DNA of 64,000 bases from Escherichia coli O157 typing phage 14, in sequence record KP869112; one strand, written 5' to 3'. How positions within the stretch are numbered: position 1 is the first letter of the stretch; each line of letters opens with the position of its first letter. Both the position numbers and the translations under genes were made by a program. Below the pieces are notes generated by a model, which was given only the letters and a program-made list of their open reading frames with translations, did no database searches and was not told where the DNA came from. Positions 9,440-19,449 of the stretch are shown here, in pieces.

Positions 9440-9663
9440 TGAAAGTTAAAGTTTTAGATTCAAGCTTCTATATTGGTCAGGAGCCTTTAGTAGGAAAAGT
9501 GTTTACTGCTGTCCCTAACGAAGATTACCCTGACCTTTTAAAAATAAAAGGAGCAGATCTTATTGCCGCTGGTGCATCTCAGGAATGCTTTGACAGTCAG
9601 TGGACCTACAACTTTGCCCTAGGTGAGGATGTAGAGGTAGTGGAGGACGATCATGAAGGTTAA
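9436..9663 (+). CDS. small acidic protein, MKVK-family paralog
   Basis: MMKVKVLD...KGADLIAAGA...EVVEDD. Confidence 0.5.
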   Translation: MMKVKVLDSSFYIGQEPLVGKVFTAVPNEDYPDLLKIKGADLIAAGASQECFDSQWTYNFALGEDVEVVEDDHEG

Positions 9664-9907
9664 AATTCTTGATTCTAACGTCTACTTGGGACAATCCTTC
9701 CTGAATGGAAAGGTCGTTCCTGCGGTATACTTTGAAGGGTTGCCGTGGGATGATCCTGTGCGGCAACATCACAGTTATGTAGGCCACAACGTGGTGTTTA
9801 TCTTGGGATCAGACCTGATCACCGCTGGTGCACCTGAATATTATTTCGGGGAAGAGTCCTACTATGCCTTTGGGGTAGGGTCAGATGCAGATATTGTAGA
9901 GCTGTGA
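9653..9907 (+). CDS. small acidic protein, MKVK-family paralog
   Basis: MKVKILD...GSDLITAGA...DIVEL. Confidence 0.5.
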   Translation: MKVKILDSNVYLGQSFLNGKVVPAVYFEGLPWDDPVRQHHSYVGHNVVFILGSDLITAGAPEYYFGEESYYAFGVGSDADIVEL

Positions 9908-9919
9908 TGGGTAACCGTT

Positions 9920-10318
9920 GTGAAAAATAAACTGTTTAAAGTTACAATGAAAATTCGCGGGGCTTGGAGCGTAAAGCAAGGGCGTATTCCAGAATTTGAG
10001 AAAGACTTCTACGTAGTCTCCACCTCGGAGGAGGCTGCATGCTGGCAGGCTGGCTATGCCTATGCAAGAACCTGGTACGAAGGATACCAGACTGGGGGCT
10101 ATGACGGAGAAATTATCAGCAAGGGTGTAGAAGAAATTAATGTGTTGACAAGTGAAAAAGTTTTTGTTATAGTGCATCCAGATTCCAGAGTGAAGCATTA
10201 CTGGAATGCCAGAACAAAAACTTGGACACCGTTTGCAGATTCTGCTACGCCACTTTTAAACCAGAAAGCTCTTGACTCTGCCCCAAGTTATGGGGTTGTT
10301 GAAGAAAAGCTAAACTGA
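9920..10318 (+). CDS. hypothetical protein, paralog of 12125..12520
   Basis: Shared ...HYWNARTKTWTP... / ...YYWDVLNNEWTP... C-terminal region. Confidence 0.5.
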   Translation: MKNKLFKVTMKIRGAWSVKQGRIPEFEKDFYVVSTSEEAACWQAGYAYARTWYEGYQTGGYDGEIISKGVEEINVLTSEKVFVIVHPDSRVKHYWNARTKTWTPFADSATPLLNQKALDSAPSYGVVEEKLN

Positions 10319-10335
10319 AACAGTGAGGTGTCACC

Positions 10336-10626
10336 ATGATGGATTTAATTCTAAATATTGATAACGCAGGAGAGTTTAAAGACGAGGGTGTAACAAGCAT
10401 GGACAAACCCTGCTCTGCTAAGGTTGACTCAAAATGGACCTACAAGTTTGACGGAGAGATCTTCGCAAATGATGAGAAGGTTGTAGATGCTGCAGCCATT
10501 TTAAACGCTCTAGGGTACGACCCTGTGAATTCTTTGATCAAGGATCCTGTTGAGTTTGCAGAGTATGTTCGAAAAATGGCAGATCTTGCTGTGGATATTT
10601 TAAAAACTATCGACAACAAGCTGTAA
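10336..10626 (+). CDS. hypothetical protein (96 aa)
   Basis: ORF with GAGGTG RBS. Confidence 0.5.
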   Translation: MMDLILNIDNAGEFKDEGVTSMDKPCSAKVDSKWTYKFDGEIFANDEKVVDAAAILNALGYDPVNSLIKDPVEFAEYVRKMADLAVDILKTIDNKL

Positions 10627-10708
10627 AAACTGTTGACACAACGCTTCAGATTTAGTATCATTGTTTTCAAAGATGGTTTGGTTCCCTCTTCTTTAAAAGG
10701 AACACGTT

Positions 10709-11026
10709 ATGCAAATTGAAATCACTGGCAACGTAGAAATCACTGAAGGTATGGTGTCTTTCATTTCCCACAAAATGTCTAAGCTGGAGCGTTTGCACCC
10801 CTCTGCCAACTATGCACGTGTGAGTGTAAAAGTTGAAAATGATCACCAGGAAGTTATGGCGCTCATTTTTGACAATTCTGGAAAAGAAGTTATTGCCAAG
10901 GCTAAAGGTAGTGATGCTTACGAGGCAACTGACCGTATGGTAGATGTTGCAGCACGTCAGCTGGCTAAATGCGGTGGAAAGAAAGGTAAGGGGAAAGGCA
11001 AAGTAAAGATTGACTTTGGAGAATGA
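10709..11026 (+). CDS. hypothetical protein with Gly/Lys-rich C-terminus
   Basis: ORF preceded by promoter-like TTGACA-N17-TATCAT at about 10629-10657. Confidence 0.5.
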   Translation: MQIEITGNVEITEGMVSFISHKMSKLERLHPSANYARVSVKVENDHQEVMALIFDNSGKEVIAKAKGSDAYEATDRMVDVAARQLAKCGGKKGKGKGKVKIDFGE

Positions 11027-11163
11027 GGTGCTACAATGGGCGTGATTAAGAAACTAGTCCCAAATGTAGAGATTGCATGCTTTGAAATTATGTTTGCAAT
11101 CGCAGTTGTAGTTAATGTGTTAGGTTACGGCTATTAATATCAAATAATTGAGGAGACCTCTAA

Positions 11164-11433
11164 ATGAAAATTAAATTATTCAAAACTGAGCTGGCAGACA
11201 AAAACTGTGGACTGGTTGAAGGCATGATTGTCGAAGCACAACCAGTTGACTATATGAAGGTGGTTCGTGATGCCCTGGGTGAAGGTTTTGATCTGATGGA
11301 GCCAGCTCTGCGAGAAGATGTTATCGAGATGGCTAAAAAGCACACACCTGAAGGAATGGTGGTGTTTGTTGCACCAGGTAACGGAGAAGAGTTGATTGTA
11401 ACTCCGGATGTGTATGAGATTGTAGAGGAATAA
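11164..11433 (+). CDS. small acidic protein, MKVK-family paralog
   Basis: MKIKLF...EIVEE. Confidence 0.5.
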   Translation: MKIKLFKTELADKNCGLVEGMIVEAQPVDYMKVVRDALGEGFDLMEPALREDVIEMAKKHTPEGMVVFVAPGNGEELIVTPDVYEIVEE

Positions 11434-11524
11434 TCCTGCTTGGATTAGCATACTTCCTCGACAAGGAAGGTTTGTAATTATTTGTGGGAAAGGAATCCCA
11501 ATCTCTTACCATAGGTGATACTAT

Positions 11525-11788
11525 ATGATTGTTTATTTTAAAACTTCAGGTGGATACCCTGATTCTCAAAGCTTGATCGGAAAAACGTGCACAGCATACT
11601 CACCTCTTGATGAGGAGGTAGGCGATATTCTACGAAATATGTATCGGATTGATCCCCAAGAAGCCTTTGATCAAAACCTTGTATTTGTCAAGGGCTCAGA
11701 CATGAAGTCTTTGGGAGCATTCCCTGAAGCAGATGATGATGCCGTTTATTCGTTCATGACCCCTTTTGAAGCTATGGTTGTCGGGTGA
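11525..11788 (+). CDS. small acidic protein, MKVK-family-like
   Basis: VFVKGSDMKSLGAF core. Confidence 0.45.
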   Translation: MIVYFKTSGGYPDSQSLIGKTCTAYSPLDEEVGDILRNMYRIDPQEAFDQNLVFVKGSDMKSLGAFPEADDDAVYSFMTPFEAMVVG

Positions 11789-11792
11789 TAAT

Positions 11793-12125
11793 ATGAAAGT
11801 ACGCTTTATTGGTGAAACAATTCCTGTGCATCTCCGGTCGCCTGAGGATTCTGCAGATCTTGCATCTCAGAAAGCGAGAGGCTATGATAAGAAAGTAACC
11901 TCAACCGGTGTAGTGCTTGAGGCTACTAGTCTACCTGACCCTGCTGCATTCTTTAATCATTATGGGTACTATTTCAGCAATCTTATGAATATCGGTGAGC
12001 TTGTGTTTATTAGTGGTGGAGAGATTGTTAGCAAGCTTGGCGGCGATCCGGATGTCTTTCATGAAACCTGTCCTTTTGCATTTGTGGTAGGTTCAGATGT
12101 GGAAGTTATTGAGGAGGTGCGGTAA
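11793..12125 (+). CDS. small acidic protein, MKVK-family paralog
   Basis: Internal ATG (MKVRFIG) chosen; GSDVEVIEEV C-terminus; ORF track 11766..12125. Confidence 0.45.
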   Translation: MKVRFIGETIPVHLRSPEDSADLASQKARGYDKKVTSTGVVLEATSLPDPAAFFNHYGYYFSNLMNIGELVFISGGEIVSKLGGDPDVFHETCPFAFVVGSDVEVIEEVR

Positions 12126-12520
12126 TGGTAAGCCTATACCGTGTTGAGTATAGCTCAGATACTGTATACAACGTAAGAAGCAAAGATCGCAGCAACAGAG
12201 TGCAAGAAATGTATGTTCTTGCCGACAGTCCGTTATCTGCAGCGTTCAAGGCAGGGGCTCTTGCATCTCGTTGGAAATTTGAAGGCGGATCTTTCTATGA
12301 AGAAACCCTTGAAGATTCTGTTGTTATTTCTTCTGTAGAGGTTTCAGATGACTACGAAGGGAAAAAGTTCGTAATGCGGCACCCACACAGCAACATTGCG
12401 TACTACTGGGATGTTCTGAACAACGAGTGGACCCCAGATCTTCAGAAGGCCACTGTGCTAACACCGTTTTTGGCAGATAAGTTCCCACCAGAAGGTAATT
12501 TATCCGCACTGTTTCAGTAA
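12125..12520 (+). CDS. hypothetical protein, paralog of 9920..10318
   Basis: See 9920..10318. Confidence 0.5.
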   Translation: MVSLYRVEYSSDTVYNVRSKDRSNRVQEMYVLADSPLSAAFKAGALASRWKFEGGSFYEETLEDSVVISSVEVSDDYEGKKFVMRHPHSNIAYYWDVLNNEWTPDLQKATVLTPFLADKFPPEGNLSALFQ

Positions 12521-12596
12521 TTTTCTTGCACACAGGTGTTGACAACACCAACCCTGTGTGAAATAATACCTTCATCTTAACAAGACGGGAGACTGA

Positions 12597-12857
12597 TTGA
12601 TGAAGATTAAACTGAAAAACCTTGAAATGGCAGAGATTCAGGATGGTGTTGATTTCCGCTCTAAAGATGGTGACATCTTAGAGGTAAATCTTCCAACCTA
12701 CGAGCTGATTAAAGGTTTTGGCAACGTTCAGGAAGAGGATATTCCAGAAATTCTTATGATGTTGATTCTTGACGGAACTGTGTTTGTAGGTGAAGGTGAG
12801 AACGCTATTGCAATCCCAGGCCATTTTTATGAAGTAGTTGACGAAGAGGTGCTGTAA
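12597..12857 (+). CDS. small acidic protein, MKVK-family paralog
   Basis: MMKIKLKN...HFYEVVDEEVL; promoter-like TTGACA at about 12539. Confidence 0.5.
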   Translation: MMKIKLKNLEMAEIQDGVDFRSKDGDILEVNLPTYELIKGFGNVQEEDIPEILMMLILDGTVFVGEGENAIAIPGHFYEVVDEEVL

Positions 12858-13208
12858 ATGAAAGTAGAAATTACTGGTTTTGATGTTAGTGTGGTTCCGG
12901 AAGATATTTTAGCTAACTTACCGGAAGGTTTTGGTAACGGTGTTGTGGTGGATGCTGTTCCTCCTACCAAAGACATTCTGCTGCAGTATGGTGTAGCAGA
13001 GGAAGATGTCGATAAAGTTCTTACAATGATGGCAATCGATCGTGTTGTCGTTGTTAAAGGTCTCGATAATTTTGAGAGTGATCCTCTGATTATTCGCGGA
13101 GATGACTACAAAATCATCGATAATGAAGGCCAAGAGTTCTATGAGCCTTGTGCAGAAGATATTCTTAACTTATTACTGGAAGCAGGCACCGAAGAGGAGG
13201 ACGAATAA
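12858..13208 (+). CDS. small acidic protein (116 aa), MKV-type N-terminus
   Basis: MKVEITG...acidic C-terminus. Confidence 0.5.
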   Translation: MKVEITGFDVSVVPEDILANLPEGFGNGVVVDAVPPTKDILLQYGVAEEDVDKVLTMMAIDRVVVVKGLDNFESDPLIIRGDDYKIIDNEGQEFYEPCAEDILNLLLEAGTEEEDE

Positions 13209-13537
13209 TGAAGATTGACCAGTTACTGAAGGCTCGTGCAGAAAAAGCGTACACCATTAAGCTGACCAACCTGGTTCCTACTTGTCATCCGGATGTAGGT
13301 TGGCCCGAAGGTCTGGTAGAGGGAACTGTAACAGCTGCATACCTTCCTAACATCAAGTACCTTATGGAGATCTTAGAGATGGATGAGGAAACTGCAGAAC
13401 AGTTCCAGTTAGATATGAAACAGAGTGGGACTCTGGTTATTCACGGGTGGTATAATACTAAAGATGCAGAAGACCCTCTGGTAACTTCTAATCTGGCATA
13501 TGAAATCTTAGGGCCTTTGAACCTGGAGGAAGACTAA
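13208..13537 (+). CDS. small acidic protein (109 aa)
   Basis: ORF, overlapping junctions. Confidence 0.5.
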   Translation: MKIDQLLKARAEKAYTIKLTNLVPTCHPDVGWPEGLVEGTVTAAYLPNIKYLMEILEMDEETAEQFQLDMKQSGTLVIHGWYNTKDAEDPLVTSNLAYEILGPLNLEED

Positions 13538-13824
13538 TGAAAGATCTGGTTAAGATTAAGATTAAAGATACCAATGGAGAACTCAGCCATTTTGGAATTA
13601 ATGATGGTGACGAGCTGATCGCACACCTGCCTACTAAGGAGGTTGTAAGCAAAGCAGTTGCAGGAGAAGAAGCTGCAATGCAGGCTGCAGGTGTGGATGA
13701 AAACTATGTAGCTATGTGCATGTGCCGAGATCAGGTTGTTCTGTATAAAGCGTATCGACCAAACGGAGCCACGGAGTGGCTTGTATTCCGACCCGAAGGA
13801 TATGAAATCTTAGAGGCACTATGA
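13537..13824 (+). CDS. small acidic protein (95 aa)
   Basis: ORF, overlapping junctions. Confidence 0.5.
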   Translation: MKDLVKIKIKDTNGELSHFGINDGDELIAHLPTKEVVSKAVAGEEAAMQAAGVDENYVAMCMCRDQVVLYKAYRPNGATEWLVFRPEGYEILEAL

Positions 13825-13913
13825 TAAATCTTGCCAAGGTTGCAACGGCACTGCTAATTATTTGCTGGTCAGTAACCTTAACACTGTGTCTTGTATTTCA
13901 GTGAGGTGCTTGT

Positions 13914-14177
13914 ATGAACATCCTGATGTGGGTTATAGCAGTGGCGTTTGTTGCATGTTTTTGCTGCTGGGTTGCGGTGAGGATTTCTGTAGCTACCCTT
14001 CGGAAGTTGGGGTTCTCAGAATGGGATATTAATATCCTTTCTTTTCGCAATGAAACAATCTCAGCCGCCCTGCTTTGTAAGAAATTCAAGTGGGAACCTT
14101 GTGAGGTCATGAGCTATCTAAGAACAGGCGATATCCCTGAAAGATTTAAAAAAGTTCTTGACGGCAAGGATAAATGA
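13914..14177 (+). CDS. small membrane protein
   Basis: N-terminal hydrophobic helix ILMWVIAVAFVACFCCWVAV. Confidence 0.45.
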   Translation: MNILMWVIAVAFVACFCCWVAVRISVATLRKLGFSEWDINILSFRNETISAALLCKKFKWEPCEVMSYLRTGDIPERFKKVLDGKDK

Positions 14178-14332
14178 CAGTATAGTGACTAACAAGAGGT
14201 GAGGAGTGACTGATTTTACTGAAGCTTTAATGATGGCCTTGTCTGTTTTAGCGCTATCGGTGTGTTTTGGGGCGTTATTCACATCTCTGGTTAAAGTTTT
14301 ACATACAATATTATTACCCAAGGAGCGCAGTA

Positions 14333-14584
14333 ATGACGAAGATTGACTTGAATGCTGGCGATCATGTTGTTGTCAAATGCATTGGAGATTATCTTGGATT
14401 CACAATCGGCAATACTTACGAGGCGGTAGTGGCGAAGGTTTATCATGATAAAGTCCTCAGTCTTGTATTTGACTGCGATGATGATGGGGATGACCGATAC
14501 GTCTGTGAGGTGCTGGCACGAGACGATAGTGAAGACCAGAAATTTCTGGTTATTGAACTGAACGGTATTTTTGTAGAACGTTAA
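14333..14584 (+). CDS. hypothetical protein
   Basis: Internal ATG with AAGGAG RBS; ORF track 14267..14584. Confidence 0.45.
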   Translation: MTKIDLNAGDHVVVKCIGDYLGFTIGNTYEAVVAKVYHDKVLSLVFDCDDDGDDRYVCEVLARDDSEDQKFLVIELNGIFVER

Positions 14585-14612
14585 TTTAAAACAACATAAG
14601 GAGACTCTTACT

Positions 14613-14918
14613 ATGGCTAAATCTAAAGTTGAACTGTTCACCTCTCTTCCTTCTGACACTGCAGAGCGTGATCGCCTTCGCAAAACAATCGAAGAACTGG
14701 TGGAACTCCAACTTCAGATTAAAGATCTGAAAGATGCCATTAAGGATATCATTCTTGTTGAGAAGCAGGATCATTTGTATTCTCCTAAATTCATCAAATC
14801 TCTGGTGGCTACCGAGTTCGATATTCGATATGAGGCTGAAAAACGTCGAGCTAAAATCGAAGAAGAGGTTGAGCACATGTCTGAGGCAGACATTCTGTTC
14901 AAACGCTCTGTAGAATAA
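14613..14918 (+). CDS. hypothetical coiled-coil protein (101 aa)
   Basis: AAGGAGA RBS; charged heptad-like sequence. Confidence 0.5.
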   Translation: MAKSKVELFTSLPSDTAERDRLRKTIEELVELQLQIKDLKDAIKDIILVEKQDHLYSPKFIKSLVATEFDIRYEAEKRRAKIEEEVEHMSEADILFKRSVE

Positions 14919-14923
14919 TGACA

Positions 14924-14950
14924 AAGAGGGGGGGCTTAGGCCCCTCTTTT
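14924..14950 (+). terminator. rho-independent terminator
   Basis: AAGAGGGG...CCCCTCTT hairpin followed by T tract. Confidence 0.6.
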
Positions 14951-14974
14951 TACTATCTATGAAGGAGATTTGAG

Positions 14975-15307
14975 ATGGGCATGCCGATCACTGTAAAAGA
15001 ATTGAATGAACGTGATGCAGGTGGTCTATGGCCTGCACGAAAAATCCGTTGCATCCGTATGAAAGAGAACCTTGAACATCTTGAGCAACAGAAACGGATT
15101 GAGGTTGGTGATATTTTCGAAGTATTTTATTCTGATCGCCGTAACTGGGAAACCATTCAACCTTCCGGTCTTGTTCTTGCTAAGCTTGACACTGGAGAAG
15201 TGATTGTTCCTGGGTTGGATATTGTCTTCGAAATTATCCAGGAGTGGGATCCGGACAAGATTAGATACGAAGAGTTATTCGGTAAAGGTATTATCAAACC
15301 TGTGTGA
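14975..15307 (+). CDS. hypothetical protein (110 aa)
   Basis: AAGGAGA RBS. Confidence 0.5.
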   Translation: MGMPITVKELNERDAGGLWPARKIRCIRMKENLEHLEQQKRIEVGDIFEVFYSDRRNWETIQPSGLVLAKLDTGEVIVPGLDIVFEIIQEWDPDKIRYEELFGKGIIKPV

Positions 15308-15615
15308 GGTGGATTATGTCTACAAAGGCGGCTAAATACTCCTACATACCATCAACCTCTGCAGAGGTAGACTTTAGTTTCGATGTGTTTCCACTGTTTG
15401 AGGTGGTTCTGGCATACCCAACAATACTATCTACTCCTGAGTCACTTGTGCCTGTTAAGTTGCAGAACGCTATGCATTCTATGCACTACAACAATAAATG
15501 TAGGCACAGATGGTGTCAGGACGAGGAAAAAGATCTGGATAGTTTGAGAGATTTTGACAATCACCTTTTGACACCTTTCAGCTACTCCAACCTTGATAAG
15601 CCCTCATGGGTATAG
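15304..15615 (+). CDS. hypothetical protein (103 aa)
   Basis: 4-nt overlap with upstream gene. Confidence 0.5.
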   Translation: MRWIMSTKAAKYSYIPSTSAEVDFSFDVFPLFEVVLAYPTILSTPESLVPVKLQNAMHSMHYNNKCRHRWCQDEEKDLDSLRDFDNHLLTPFSYSNLDKPSWV

Positions 15616-15639
15616 CAAAATATCAAATTTAAGACACCT

Positions 15640-15668
15640 AGGACGCTCTGTGGCGTCCTTTTCTTTAT
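15640..15668 (+). terminator. rho-independent terminator
   Basis: AGGACGC-TCTGTG-GCGTCCT hairpin followed by TTTCTTT. Confidence 0.7.
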
Positions 15669-15828
15669 CTGGTGCACGATTGCATACCTTTGACAGATAA
15701 TCTCATTACAGAGCGTTTAAGAGCTTCCTACAAACAAATCTCTCTTTCGAGCGTAGCGAGAACGCACGTCCGTTTTGACCCAAATCACCATACGCTCGGA
15801 TTTTAACCAAACCCTCGCGGCGTTTCTA

Positions 15829-15857
15829 TTGACACATTACCGCTCCAGTGATAATAT
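15829..15857 (+). promoter_or_regulatory. sigma70-like promoter (TTGACA-N17-TAATAT)
   Basis: Hexamers read directly; a 29-codon hydrophobic ORF (15890..15979) and ORF 15976..16188 follow. Confidence 0.5.
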
Positions 15858-15975
15858 CCACACATAGTTTGTAGAATATGGGGTACACTATGAGAACATT
15901 GTCCGAAGTTTTGGTGGTGATCCTGATGATCATTACGTCCATAGCGGCTGTTGCCGGAATACTCACGGGTGGAAC

Positions 15976-16188
15976 ATGATAAACACACATGCATCTGAAG
16001 AGACATCCAAAGGAGTGACTATATGTCCCTTGGCTGAGCCAGTGAAAGAGGAAAACTTCGATTCTGAAGATTCTCCATCTTCGCTCCAGGTAGATCCTGA
16101 GGCTGATGACCTAACGTGGGAAGACATCGTAGATATCTGGTTCTCTATTATGCCTGAGCACGAAGAGTTCAGGGGTGGTAGACTATGA
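15976..16188 (+). CDS. small acidic protein (70 aa)
   Basis: ORF overlapping upstream mini-ORF stop (ATGA). Confidence 0.35.
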   Translation: MINTHASEETSKGVTICPLAEPVKEENFDSEDSPSSLQVDPEADDLTWEDIVDIWFSIMPEHEEFRGGRL

Positions 16189-16309
16189 AGCACCGAGCCC
16201 ACACAGGTTCCTCATGCTAAAGCATGGCCTGAAGAGGCAAACGTGCATAATTCCTGTACATTGGGACGTATAAAACCCTGTTCACATTCTCATTTCCAGA
16301 GGAGATTTC

Positions 16310-16525
16310 ATGAAGATAGAAATATTTGGTGGAGCTGACAATACTCGTGGCCTGATTTACCTTGAATTCGATGAATCATACCTGCCAGAGGTGTTAAATA
16401 TGGACTCTGTTGCTGATGCTTTGGGAGTAAGTCCTAAAGATCTCTACTCTGGTGCTGAGATTGATGGTTGGGAGGAGACCATGAACATTGATTTCAGTGA
16501 AGTAGGTGATGAACCACTGGACTGA
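16310..16525 (+). CDS. small acidic protein, MKVK-family-like
   Basis: MKIEIFGG...acidic C-terminus; GAGGAG RBS. Confidence 0.45.
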   Translation: MKIEIFGGADNTRGLIYLEFDESYLPEVLNMDSVADALGVSPKDLYSGAEIDGWEETMNIDFSEVGDEPLD

Positions 16526-18049
16526 CACACAATTAGCTACCCGGCTAAAGTGCTGGGAGCACCTATAACACATCTTTCAACTAAATTTCCTACCACCACA
16601 ATCACTTACCTCCCACACATGACTGTTTGCTTGTTTAGTGAGCAGTCATGCCTTGACATTCTTGCCTATCCTGATAAAATTAAGTTCTTCTCTTTTCTTT
16701 TACCGAGTAATTCGGGTTTTCTGTTCTCTTCGGTTTGAAGGGGTATGGAGATACACCTGAGTGAACAGGGTGAACAACCGAACCATTGGCTATGGCATTA
16801 GCATGGCGAAGCGGACGGGTGACGAAAGAGGGGCCGGAGGACACCAGTCACTGCCATATGATATATAGGTGATAACCTGAAGAGTCTGAATAAGTGTTTA
16901 AGTACCAGTCAGAGGAAAAGGTGAATGGTAGCCGAAGGGGGAGGGGGGTTTCTTGTATCTTTAATTTGTATATTATGTATACACTTGTAAACCAACACCA
17001 TCTGAATTTGCTTACCACACAAAGCGGATAGAGACAAATATTACCTATTAAACTTGAATTATTTATAGAAAATACCACAACACCACTTAAGTCTTTGATT
17101 TTACACATAAATCCTACAGATATTCACCCTCCATATTTAACATACTTGTAACATATCTATACCCAACCTGTCTGATCAACTCACCCAACTACATCCTCCA
17201 TATTTCCCCTGTCTGTACTACCCCTGCCCAGCCGGGAGTCCCGTCATATCTGGCTTTCCAGCAAATATCACACCCACAAATATCATTGCCTGAAGAGGGT
17301 TTCATCCCATAATACATGCCTTACCTGAAGAGCGCTTCATACACCACGTAAATTTTTTAATTGACCTGCAATTTTCCCGTCATGACCCCCTGCCCCGCCA
17401 GAGAGGTTGACTTTTCCCACACAGACCTGAAGAGCCAGCCAGAAATATCTGAACAGGTCCAGTTATACCACGATTTTGACCTGACCGACAGGAGTGCCTC
17501 CCTGTCAGGAGCCGGTAGCGACTGGAGTGCTGCCAGGCGGACGAAATGGGAATACTTCTCATTCTTATAATAATTCTCAAATATCGAGGCAGTGAGGCAA
17601 ATTAATAGGTGAGGCCGTTCACACAGTGGCACAACATTTGCAACCTATCTTGTGGGGTGAATGAGAATACCTATCATTGTGAGAATAGTTATCATTACGG
17701 GCAATTTAACATAATACCCATTATGCGCACCACTGGCGATACATACAGGGGTTGATAACATGAGTTACTGTTTACGCACATAACAATTATATTTCTTACT
17801 ATTTGTGTGGGATATAGTTAGCAGCCGATAGATTAGATATTGACCTGTAGACTTCCAACCGTCTAGACGTCTAAACGCCCACACAACAAGGCTTATACAT
17901 ACATCACTGAATGTAAACAGGACCGCAAAAATGCTACCATACAAGCTTGTAAATTTTTCATGCAGCACTTGACAAAGAGGAGGAAAACTTGTCTGACACA
18001 CTGGGCACAACATAACATACTGCAGCACAATATGACACAATAACGACTG

Positions 18050-18400
18050 TTATTATTTCATGTTTCACTGTTCACGTATAGATTGTTCCCGCATAGACTG
18101 TTTACGCCTGGATAGTTCACGCATAGATGATAAGCCATGCCATTCGTTTGCATGACAATAATTAACTTGTTTACAATAGATGACATAATATAAAAGCAGG
18201 GCAACTATTAGAAGATCATAGTTGCCTTGCTTGTTATGTCATGATTAACTAAATACAAGGCAACTATGATCTGATTAATAGATTGCAGACAAACTATCAC
18301 GGGGGTGATTGTTACTGCTTTTATATTATGTCGCGACTCCGTCGCGCCATGCCATTCGTTTGCATAGTTGCCTTATTGTTACAGATAAAATAATTGTATT
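18050..18400. repeat. cluster of direct and inverted short repeats in large non-coding region
   Basis: Four GTT(C/T)ACGCATAGA-like direct repeats at about 18060-18130; GGCAACTAT/ATAGTTGCC x4; CATGCCATTCGTTTGCAT x2; GACATAATATAAAAGCAG inverted pair. Confidence 0.6.
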
Positions 18401-18985
18401 GTTAATTATTTCTTATCTTTCTATTAGTCATCTAATGATTTCAGTTAGTATAGTAACGTACAGTAAACATTAGACGACTAAAGATTTCTCTGCTTATAAT
18501 AACCTAACGTGACAATTCCGGACTGTTTACGAAAAATGTTGACACCTGAGCTGATTTATGTTATGCAGTTTACACGAATAATTATTTTATGCAGGTATTG
18601 ACTATTCTGTTATTCTATGGTTGGAATAAATACTTAGCAGGCTATAGAATGGTGAGCGTACGTAAATTCTAAGATCTGGCGGCTATAGTTATGCCCGATT
18701 TTTCACGTAGAAAACGCTTTTATGAGTGTGTAAGTGTATGACTTATAAAGATTTTTAGTTGTTGACAAGATACTGAAGATGTGCATCAGGTTAAATTTTG
18801 TGCAATAGCGGCATTACGTGCAATTTTGGAAGGAAAAACGTGTAAAAAATGGCGCTGCTACCACACAATGAAAGATTATGCAATAGCTATTTTACATGTA
18901 TGTTTGTACAGTGGTGGTAATTGATGGCTTGTCGATTATTCCACTTGCCAGGCTGGGCCGTTTGTGGTAGGGGAAATACAGACAA

Positions 18986-19012
18986 AAAGAAAGGGGCCTT
19001 TTAAAGCCCCTG
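18986..19012 (-). terminator. rho-independent terminator (minus strand)
   Basis: GGGGC...GCCCC hairpin followed on minus strand by TTTCTTTTTG. Confidence 0.6.
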
Positions 19013-19029
19013 ATAGTTTAGTTAATAAA

Positions 19030-19449
19030 TTATAATGATTCGTATATTTCAAAAATCCGATTTGCCAGGTCGTTACGGTACCGGAATTTTTCTTCACGTT
19101 TGATCATTAGATCTTTGAAGCCGTATTCTTTAAGCACTTCATTAACTTTATAGCGGCATACCCTCATATTGTCTTGCGCGTCACCGATAAACTTGTTGCT
19201 ATGGTGCATGGCTTTAATTTCTTCTTCCAGGACCAGGGCAACTATGCGGACCGGATCAAGCTGATAGGCGGTAACATCCATGCGGCATTGTAAACGGCTT
19301 TTTACGTCTGCCACCGGGTATACTGCAACCTCTTCCCCGTCAACATTGACAATAATTAGTTTACCATCGATTTCGAATCCTTTCGCCGCCGGACCGTGAC
19401 AAAAAGCGTTATCAAAGCTATATGCCGGATTATTAGATTTGATGTTCAT
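19030..19449 (-). CDS. hypothetical protein (139 aa)
   Basis: ORF at distal end of minus-strand array; terminator downstream. Confidence 0.5.
   Translation of the reverse strand: MNIKSNNPAYSFDNAFCHGPAAKGFEIDGKLIIVNVDGEEVAVYPVADVKSRLQCRMDVTAYQLDPVRIVALVLEEEIKAMHHSNKFIGDAQDNMRVCRYKVNEVLKEYGFKDLMIKREEKFRYRNDLANRIFEIYESL

Noticed and set aside
16550-18040. Short ORFs in the large non-coding region (16550..16738, 16848..17108, 17357..17632, 17361..17570, 17765..18040)
   Set aside because: No RBS, mutually overlapping on both strands, low-complexity translations; region better explained as structured non-coding DNA.
16530-19030. tRNA genes in the non-coding regions (also 29340..30510)
   Set aside because: Scanned by eye for GTTCGAATC-type T-loop and acceptor-stem pairing and found none; cannot exclude without tRNAscan-SE.
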